From Tubiluchus corallicola (Eukaryota; Animalia; Priapulida): 64,000 nucleotides of DNA. The notes beneath the pieces are model-generated. The model made no database searches and had not been told where the DNA came from. It worked only from the letters and a program-made list of their open reading frames with translations. Each line of letters opens with the position of its first letter. Position 1 is the stretch's first letter. The DNA is taken from assembly GCA_030141605.1 (NCBI GenBank), contig JAQGDQ010000008.1, positions 930,001-994,000 of the forward strand, in the 5' to 3' direction. The position numbers were made by a program, and so were the translations under genes. Shown in pieces: positions 54,624-64,000 of the stretch.

Positions 54624-55789
54624 TAGAGATTTAACATCATTGCTTTATAATATCTGTAATTGAATGGCATTCTCATTATAATAATTTTAATAGAGGATCA
54701 CAGCTCCACTTGATTGCTTAAATAGTTTTTGGGCTAATCCTTGTAACATTTTCACCCCATGAAAACTTAGCTTTGCTTATTTTTTTACTACTTATTCCGA
54801 GTTTCCTCAACAGTTACTAGTGTAGTGGTTATGAATAGTGAACTCAGATAAATATATACGAAAGGCAATTCCAGTTGGATGTGTACAAATTTTAGCTTTT
54901 CAAACGTAGAAGTAAATCTATGCAATGCACTGGGTGAATACATTATCAACAGCACCAATGTCAGCACTTCAAAATATGACTGAAAAATTTGCAAGTGATA
55001 GAAACTTCCTATACTAGCATTAGCAACCATCTGGGTACACAAGGAAGTACAGCATTTCCCCAGGCAAATCAGGGTAGCTTGCACCAAATGTGTGACATTA
55101 TTAAAATAACCATACCTTAAATTTCTGCAAATACAAGCCTAAATTTAATCATTTTCAGCAAATTTATGAAATAATTTATGGATGTTGGCCGTTGGGTGCC
55201 ACTTTCCACACTAGCCCATATTACTGCAGTTGTCCTTCATTCACTCATTTAAATTTTTAAAAATTCTGTGAATGTTTCTGCATGAATAAAAAATCTGAGC
55301 CTGTATTTCAGCTGTACTAGATGCTTGTTCATCTAGTTACCATCACGAAAACTTACTCAGCCAAGTCAGCATGCCAGTAAGTTTAAATGTTGCAACCTAA
55401 TTGTTTCTAATGCAGGATTTCTTTTGTTACAATTTTGTTACATATATATTAGTTTACCAGTCTATGTTTAATTCTTATTATAAATTGCACATGAATGCCC
55501 TGCTCATGCCACTAACTCTATCATAGTGTTACTAATTATAGTTTTTATGAGTGAGAGGTGGAGGCTTGGTGACCGCTTGGTCTTTTTCCACCCCATCTCT
55601 CTTACTAATTATGTAATCCCATATTAACTTTTGTTACAGTTTTTTATGTATGAGGCAAAATAAATTCAATTCAATTCAACTAAAAAAAGTATGTAGGCAT
55701 TTTTGGAGATTTCTTAAACTCATTCACTGAACAAGAGGTTAGGCGGTAAATGGCTCACCAGCCCATATACCGCACTTAAAGCACAAGAA

Positions 55790-56435
55790 AACCCTCGACT
55801 TACATAAAGCTTGAAAAATTCGTCTTGAAATTTTCATACTGCCTTTTTTCATGCAGGGGTTGCGCCAGCAGTAACGCTTTTTTAAACTTTAAACTTAGAT
55901 TTAAACTTCCACGATGACTGTTTGGACGCAGCCATGTTAATTGTAAGTAGTTTGAAACAAGTTTAGATAACACTGTGTAAAGTTTGGAAAAATAATAAGA
56001 GCCTGCATAGCACACATGTTCCTAACTAAGTAAAATTTTAAATTACTGTATCTTGTCAATAAGATTAAAAATATGTTTTTGGTTAGTGAGGGGTGCACCC
56101 TGGAGGGTGAGCTAGTGACATATTATCCTTTGGCACGAGTTTTAAATTATTACTTCTAGTTACATAAGTCTTTCCGGCAAGCAAGCAAAATACTGAGTAA
56201 TATAGATTTGCATGGAAAGCTTTCTGGGACATAATTTAACATTGCAATTTTCTTCGCCTGATTTACGTTTGCATAGGTGAAGTCATGTAACGGCGACTTC
56301 GGAACAGTATTGCGGGAGATTTAAAATGAAAACAAACAAAATTCCTTTTAACGCGAGTACAACATATGCATAAAAATGCTGCAAAGTAATATAATTTTTT
56401 AATGCGCTTTTTCTGAAACCTACTTCAAGTACTCC
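55790..56435 (-). repeat. Interspersed repeat copy B (inverted partner of 24781-25400)
   Basis: Same shared blocks in reverse complement. Confidence 0.8.
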
Positions 56436-56455
56436 TTTTTTTGTCCTTTAAGAGA

Positions 56456-56984
56456 ACCTGTCTCAAGTTGGTTTGATATTTGACATTTGATATTCATATT
56501 GAACGTAAAAACAACAGTAAAAGTGGTTTGATGTTCAAGATTCAGCATTGCCTCAAAGGCACTTCGCCTTACTAAAGAAAACCTTGCAACACCTCACTTC
56601 ACTTCAGTTCAAGTTTATTTGTCTCATACACTTCAAATATAGAGATTTAAAAATGCTTAATATCCTCGGTGAAGAACTTACATTGTTGTTTAGTTGCCTG
56701 CCTGTGTTCGTGTGGGTGCCTTCATGTACAAGTGCTGGTGTAACTAAAGAAAAGTTTGCCTGCACGTTACAAACTTTCTCTTTCCCATATGCTTGTACTT
56801 TTCGCCCCGAGTTTCACATTTGACACAAGTGCTCCATGTTTGAAGTGTTGGTGTAGCTAAAAAAGTTTGTTACACCTCAGGAAAAACACATATTGTTCAC
56901 TAAGTATCTAGCCATACGGGTGCCTGTTGAGGCCATGCCGAATCTTGAATATCAAACCTCATTTACTATTGTTTTGAGACAGGT
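56456..56984. mobile_element. Possible degenerate MITE
   Basis: Inverted 11-mer ACCTGTCTCAA / TTGAGACAGGT at the ends, plus an inverted GTTTGATATT/AATATCAAAC pair just inside; TSD not intact. Confidence 0.4.
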
Positions 56985-57130
56985 ACTGATGAAGCGGCGT
57001 CATAAAACGAATGACTTTCCTATGTGACAAAATAAAAACGACATAACTTAACGAAATGTTAGAATTACCTAAAATAGGCCTATTTAACTTCAACCAATTT
57101 GCTCTCGAAAGCAAAGTTAATATTGCTCAC

Positions 57131-57295
57131 CCGAGTTTCTCAGAATTAATAAAATTATCTTATTTTACGAGAGTATATCAAGAACGAGAAAAACACAACC
57201 ACTTCGCGATCAGTAATCGATCACGTTTGCCACCTTGCGGACAACCTAAATACTATTTCCCGCTATAATTGGCAAATACAAACTGTAACGTTAGT
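57131..57295. promoter_or_regulatory. Putative compact bidirectional promoter / first non-coding exons of HERC2 and DCTD
   Basis: Local CpG enrichment; TTTCCCGC (E2F consensus) at 57256-57263; ATTGG (reverse CCAAT) at 57268-57272; minus-strand donor G|GTGAG at 57126-57130 and plus-strand donor GTTAGT at 57290-57295 point outward. Confidence 0.55.
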
Positions 57296-58154
57296 TATTA
57301 TTTTTATGTGTTCATCATTAGTGTCAACTTAAAATATAGAAATACGTCATTTTATACTTAAATTTATTGTTTTTCTATAGTATTTTCTTCTCAATGGAAC
57401 TTCACATTAGTGTGGCCCTTCAAATAACTTGTGTGTGAAGACACTAACAGGGAGAATGAATTGGATATTGGTCAGGTTTTAAAAAAATGGCCTATTAGTG
57501 TGGCCTTTAAACAAGTTGTGTATGGGTTATGTTAAGTGAGAAAATCCTTTGTCCGCTCTGTTTCTCTTGGCTATCACATCATTTGTTAATGCTGTGTTTA
57601 CAATGTTATAGAGGCAAGCATAAACATTCTGTGTTCAGTAGACAGAATGATTTGTTTTTCTCCAAAAATTTAGTGAGTAACTGCAAATTTATGATGTAAA
57701 TTTGTGAAACAGCGATGGGCAGCAAACGGACCATGTGGTCATCAAATCAACTGCCCCAATAACAATTACTGTGGTGCAGCTAAATTTCATTATTTACATA
57801 ATAAACTGTATTTGTAAAAAATACTTGTGTTGTACTGGCTGAAGCTATCTAGCTTGCCCATAGACAGAGTTTCTCCATTTTAGTACTAAATAAATCACCA
57901 TAAAAAGTGCAAAACAAAAATCAATGTTCTAGTTCCTTAATTGTGTCTCAGTGGGGAACTAGAAAAGCAAACATGTCATAACTTTTATTGTTACTTGAGT
58001 TAATAATTGCAGATTTAGAAAAGCTAATCAGTTTCAGCAACTTCAAGCAATACCAATGCTAAGCATAAAGGAACAGCTAAAGCAATATATTTAAGGTTTC
58101 TTGTAGTGCACAGTTTTTTAGCCGTTGTAAGTGATGTTATTGTTTTATAGAGTC

Positions 58155-58265
58155 ATGGATTCAACCCCTAATGAACAAAAACGCTTAGACTACCTAGAAT
58201 GGCCAGAATACTTCATGGGTGTCGCCTTTCTTTCTGCCCAGAGAAGCAAAGATCCAAGTACGCAG
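58155..58265 (+). CDS. DCTD: DCTD coding exon 1
   Basis: tag acceptor at 58148-58150, ATG at 58155; [23 protein letters not shown]; cag|gt. Confidence 0.93.
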
Positions 58266-61200
58266 GTAGTTACCGGCTTTTCATTTTACTACTTTCATTA
58301 ATTTGTAACATGCAGCTTGAAAGGTAACTTTCTTTTTAAATGTTTTTTCAGTATTTTAGTTACAAATGGATTTCACATACTTATATGAATTTCATATACC
58401 AATTATATAGAACACTAGCCACACGGATATTAATAGACTTATCAAATAAAACTGCATAAATTGCTGATAGATGTCACCACATTTTGTCCATGTCCATTTG
58501 CTGTGCCAATGATCAGATTGCCATCTAACAACAAACATTTATCTTAAGTTAGTTTACCTGTCTAATTGCATGTACATATAAATTGCTTTTGTGCTAGATG
58601 ACATAATTAGATTAAATGCCACTTATATTAAAGTCCAATAACCCTAAACATAAAACAATACAATAGTCCTCGCTTAACGACGATAATGCGTTCAAATAAA
58701 ACGAGACAATAAGCGAAACTTCGTTAAAACAAAGCCGAGACTTCTATGGAAAGTAATGTAAAAGAATTGAGATACGTTCCAAAGGCAAAAGTCAATGCTG
58801 GTTAAATCATATAGCTGAAACATTTTATGAGTTTTGTTTATATTTCTACTGATTAATTTATTTCTGCTTGCCTGAAACCCCACCTATCTCTTTCGTTAAC
58901 ATTTCAGCCTAGACAGTGGTTAAACAATAATCACTGCAGAGTCAAAACCAAACTCTGGGCGACCTTGGAAATTTTATCTAGATACTAAGTCTGGTTGCTA
59001 TAGCTACAGGTTGCATGCACAAAGTTTGTTCGCAGGTCTCACTGATATAAACGGCTAGCCTTTAGTAGTCAGTTGGGAAGCAAAAACGTATGTAATAATT
59101 ACACTGTTTACTTTGCCACTGCATTTAGATCAGAATAATGCCATATACACTGTTTTACAATGCAATATACGATGTTTTAATGAATTAAATTAGTTAAAAA
59201 TGTTGTTCATGAAATAAAAATTGGTATTAAGCAAAGTAAAAAAATTGTCGTTAAAGTCGTTCGTGCTTTATTAAGTGGAAAAAGGTGTCAAAAGATCAGT
59301 GTCGTTAAAACGAGACGTTGCTAAACGGGGGAGTTGTTAAGCGAGGACTTACTGTATAACAAAAGTAATACAAAACAGATATGGCAAAATAATATGTCGC
59401 GTATACGGGACCTATATGCTAAAATAACATGTCGATTGAAATAAAAAAGCATAGTCATACGTTAACAAGCTTTAAGAAGTCAGAAAAGGGCATTTCGTAA
59501 AGAATATTATAAATTATATCTATAAAATACTAATTATAATTTCTTTGCATCCCAACATAGACAATTTGTAACTTAAATTATATTTAATGAGAAGTCAAAC
59601 TATTAATATCGAATAACATTACTGAATTATTTTCATATTCTTTCATCTGTTCTTTTATCTTTCATCGGCATTTAAACTTTTTTAGTTATTCGCATATCCT
59701 GAATCTCTATTTTTTGAGGATCACCACTCTGTGTTATTTCTAAGCTCAGATAATCCGCTGAAAAACATAAGCTTGAGAAGAGTTTTTGACAAACACCTTA
59801 CTAGTTTTTAAGCAGAGAAGTGGATAAGGAATTCTAAATTTAATTTTTAATATTTTCTAAACAATTTCCTGACTTTTTTGTGCAAGAACATAAAATGTCC
59901 AATATATTTAGCATTTGTTTTTGTAAAAAGCAAAAAATTGATATTTGACCCAATTTTTGATGCATTGTACTTTAAAGCATCATAAAGCTATCTAAACTAT
60001 GCTGTTTTGTGGACGGTTTTGGTTAGCAAGCACACATTAAATTATTTTCCATCTGCTTCCTTTTATGTTTTCTTAATATAAATCTAAATATAGCTCTAAA
60101 ATATCAAACATCAAATATTGTAATAATAAATGTAATTACTATAACATTGTATATTCATTGCTATATTTTGTGAAAATGAAAATGTTAAACCTTAAAACTT
60201 ATCACACACTGCACTAGTATATTATAATTAATAACTACTACTATGTACAGTAATTTTAGTAAATTGATCGGTGCTGACATCTATTGCCCAGGAAATTCAG
60301 TCATTACAAGTTATGCTAATTCCATCATGTGGATTATAATAAATTTGCATATGAACAATTTCTTTAATTATTAATGAATGATTAATTATTAACTTATGGA
60401 TTATCATTAATAATTGTTGTAGTAATAAAGATAATATAAATATTAATATTCACAATACAGTAATCGCGGCTTAATAGACTCACTTTGGGACAAAAGTGTT
60501 TTACAATTCGCCGACTGATTCAATGAGCCAACAAATGTAGCCTATTACTACTATAGAAGTATGAGTCATGACTCATCACCTTCTTTCCTTAGTATGCATT
60601 ACAAAGGCTTTAAATGAATTTTAGAAATGAATAAATGTCAGAATTCCTCTGCAATTATTTAAGAATACTAATTTATATAAGTGAAGTAACAAAAAAGAAA
60701 ATTGCATACACCTGATTATTACTACTAAAAATTGCAAAAATTCATGCAAGGTCGGTTGGTTCATTTCTTCACGAAGAAGTTGGTTTATGAAATTCTCATA
60801 ACGTCGAAAATCTGTTGCTGCATACTGCCCGTATTCGTGCAAAACGCCTAGTCACCTAGTCTTGGGCAGCAGTTAGCAATGACTTTGTTTCTCCTGTGAA
60901 AAGCAGCTTGAACTTCAAAAGCTAAATGCTGGGTAAGCGATTAAACGTTAACTTCCAGGAATAACGAGGTTAACTGCAGCAGATAAGCGGGTGACAGATT
61001 CAAAGTAAAACCGCTATGCTAACATATTAGTGCATATGATAAACGTACTGTACCTGCTTACAAACAATGCTGTACCTAACATGACTGTTTGTATATTTAT
61101 TATAGTGCGCAAAATTGCTGTAAAGATGACATAAACACAGCAAAAGCTCTTTGGACGTACGCAAAAGCCTTATTTTAAGTATGTGTAGAAAACATATTGA

Positions 61201-62953
61201 GGCAATTATGCAGAGTTATTTGAGTCAATTGCCGACAGTTTTTATATACATTTGAATGGGAGTGGCACATTTTTGAGTCAGTTGGGCAACTGACTCTATT
61301 AACCGTAAGTCTAATAAACTGCGCCTACTGTAATAATAATAAACGTGCCATAGAAAGACAAATAAGAACAGATCATAATTATAGTATTTCTTTCTTACAT
61401 TTACATACATGTGTAATATATGTATGCATACAATAACTTTTAATTTTTATATTTTATAGTTTCCATTTATATTTAATTTTAGGTAGGTGCCTGCATTGTC
61501 AATCAAGAAAAGAAGATAGTTGGTATTGGTTATAATGGCATGCCTAACAACTGTGACGATGATAAACTTCCTTGGGGTAAACTAAGTGAGAACTGGCTGG
61601 ATCGAAAATATGCTTATGGTAATAGTGCAATCAATCAGTGGTTAAAGTAATCTTATCCAGCTGTACATTTCCTTTTTTTGTGTGTGTAGTTGTATATTTA
61701 AACTATAGTTGTATCTTCTGTTAAACTCCTATTATAATTATTGATCCTTGTCTGATTTCCAGGTACCTGATAATTTAATAAGTTAACGCTGCTCAGGTAC
61801 AGCCAGCATCCAGTTTCCCAAGTTTTGTTTAGTAATTTTATAGAAAAGCTAATCACCAGTAAATAACAGCACCATTTAGTTGCTGCTGTAGAATGGAGCA
61901 GGCCTTTAAAAAGGACAGCATTATATGTGTTTTTGTAGACAGTTATTATCTGCCCCGACAATAGTCAAAGCATAAGCAGTGCATTTAGTCACTTCTGTCT
62001 GTTGGTCTGTATTTGTTTGCACAATAAAATTAAAATGATAGAAATTATAATCAGATATAGGTCTGAGCAAGACCTGGAAACCCATTGCTTTGTGGTTTAA
62101 AGGGTTCAAACTGTAGGTCACAATGTTTTAATCCAATTTTTATGTAGTACGCCCAGTATTTTTTATTTAGTAAATGAAACCAAATTTTGCATAAGGATAA
62201 CTCTGGGCAAAACCTGGAAAGCTTTACTTTTTGCTTCAAAAAGTCAAAGATCAAGGTCACAAGATCAAAAATGTTATAATAAATTTTTGCCCGTGTAGTG
62301 ACTTCATATCAGCGTTTGCACCTTCTGTTGAATGCCCTAGTTTGGTTTTTGTGGACATTTATTCATTTTTATGTAAATGTAAATTGTATACCTATGACCT
62401 TACACTGTAGCATTCCCTAGCCTAACTTTTGAAGCCCTTAACTTGAAAGTGTTACTACCGCTGCTTTGACAAATATGAATCTCCAGATATTCAGGGTGAT
62501 AAAAATCTTCAGTGCAATAATGTCTGTTATTGACACTATCTTAACTGGAGTGTATCTTACCACTTTCCGTTTCCACTTGTTTTCTGTTGTCCAATTTTCC
62601 AGTTTCACTGAAGTCACAAATGGTAAATCATCCAGAAAACTGCACTTTCAGTGATGGAAATCTGTCACTCTGTTCTGTACCCGAAGATTTGATTTATTTT
62701 TCCTCACAGTTCATTAAAGTACTGTTTGTCTCTTGTCAGTGTGTCACGCTGAGATGAATGCCATAATGAACAAGAATTCAGCTGATGTAAAGGACTGCAT
62801 AATGTACGTAGCATTGTTTCCCTGTAACGAATGTGCCAAGCTCATCATCCAGTCTGGTATCAAAGAAATTATTTTTTTCTCGGACAAAAATAGCACCAAA
62901 CCAGAATTTATTGCCTCCCAGAAGCTTCTGTCGATGGCAGGAGTGAAATTCAG
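58155..62953 (+). CDS. DCTD: Deoxycytidylate (dCMP) deaminase, 3 coding exons; terminal exon not confidently located
   Basis: Spliced protein [44 protein letters not shown]...GYNGMP...-VCHAEMNAI...[16 protein letters not shown], with the HAE and PCxxC zinc-deaminase motifs. Confidence 0.96.
58661..59354. mobile_element. Tigger-like MITE (DCTD intron)
   Basis: TIRs CAATAGTCCTCGCTTAACGAC / revcomp CAGTAAGTCCTCGCTTAACAAC; TA on both flanks. Confidence 0.75.
60458..61330. mobile_element. Second copy of the same Tigger/pogo-like family (DCTD intron)
   Basis: TA-CAGTA...TACTG-TA ends; shares CTCACTTTGGGACA and CAATTATGCAGAGTTATTTGAGTCAATT blocks with 20935-22105. Confidence 0.78.
61483..61618 (+). 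CDS. DCTD: DCTD coding exon 2
   Basis: [31 protein letters not shown]...KYAY; phase 0-1. Confidence 0.94.
62740..62953 (+). CDS. DCTD: DCTD coding exon 3
   Basis: [43 protein letters not shown]...AGVKF; ag|gtaaaa. Confidence 0.94.
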
Positions 62954-64000
62954 GTAAAAACTTCTACGATTGTTTGTGCTAAAACAGCTGTCTGGAAATA
63001 GGTTAGGGCATAAAGGTTAGCTTGTATTCTCCAGACTATGAGTCTTCCATCTGTTGAAACCATAAGAGTGATTAGCCCGCCTAGAATAAGTCTGGGTATA
63101 GGTCTTTCTAAGAACTGGTGAGGCAAGAATTTCCAGCGATTATTTGAAGCTGAAAGCTGTGAAAACTGTCACCGTATACATGATCATCCTGTATAACCAG
63201 TGAAAGTAAGTCATTCATCATGCCCGTCATGTTCCGCTTTTATGCTTTTAAGCAAATTCCACACGGTAGGTCCCGTGGCTGTATATTTCTTAAAATTGAA
63301 CATCAGTAGATTTAATAACTATTAGGGTAAGCGACAAAAATACAATTGTTTTTGACAGATTTTTGCCGATTTACATGAAAGTATGTGTATTAAGGTCAGT
63401 TTAATTAATCCTTCATGTGCTATTTGTTCTAAAAGTCTGTACCATATGTGTATTCAGTTTTAGTCTTCTTGTGGGATTTAACCGTTAATAATGGCTAGTT
63501 TGTCATCTAGAACTTATGAACGGGTTTGAAAAAATAAGGATTTGTGAAAATTATTGGTGATTTTTTTGTCATTTCAATAACTGACAGCTGCCTGGTGAGC
63601 ATTACTGACTTAACATGTTCAATGTAAATGTGACTATACTCTTGAATGTGAATACAGTCTTGTACAGGTAACGTAAAAAAAACAAAATTACTTGAACATA
63701 AGTGTGTAATCAGCAGTGTTAGCCATTTTACCAGAATGGTAACATCAATTTTTTATAAACTATAGATTGAGGTCTACCTCTCACCTTGTATTTTATTAGC
63801 CTCGCCTATTGATTCTAAGGTGCAACTTGGCTAGGCTATCCACCACTGTAGATTTGGTCTGGAGTCGCCTAACATCCTGAAATTTTCCTATTTTGACCAT
63901 TGCACTGAAATTTACATCAAAATTACAACTTACATGCTATCGAAAATTTGCAAATGACTAAGCTAGAAACAGCAGAGTGTTTGTTAAGATGACAGTAAAC

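Noticed and set aside
63359-63404. Candidate DCTD terminal exon (cag|A TTT TTG CCG..., giving RFLPIYMKVCVLRSV*)
   Set aside because: Phase fits but similarity to the conserved KFIP-x3-KIVIDF tail is weak; the true exon may lie beyond the window

Overview
AT-rich, intron-dense invertebrate (metazoan) genomic DNA with two genes arranged head-to-head. The minus strand carries the 5' part of HERC2, a giant RCC1-like/HECT E3 ligase. I reconstructed 51 coding exons by hand (54623 down to 14; 8850 nt, 2950 codons). All introns are GT-AG with consistent phases. They cover the N-terminus, RLD1, the cytochrome-b5-like, MIB-HERC2, UBA-like, CPH and ZZ domains and the start of DOC, and the gene continues past the left edge. 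The plus strand carries DCTD (dCMP deaminase), with three coding exons at 58155-62953; its last exon is not confidently inside the window. The two genes appear to share a very compact CpG-rich promoter near 57.1-57.3 kb with an E2F site and a CCAAT box. Introns hold many non-autonomous or decayed transposons (Kolobok-like, hAT, Tigger/pogo, Tc1/mariner, LINE, SINE-like). The most notable points are protein features that differ from human HERC2 as I recall it: an extra Cys-rich exon, a b5 domain that keeps one heme-ligand His, a poly-His insert, and a ZZ domain lacking the acidic N-degron pocket. No wholly new gene system is evident. Homology calls come from remembered sequences, not database searches.
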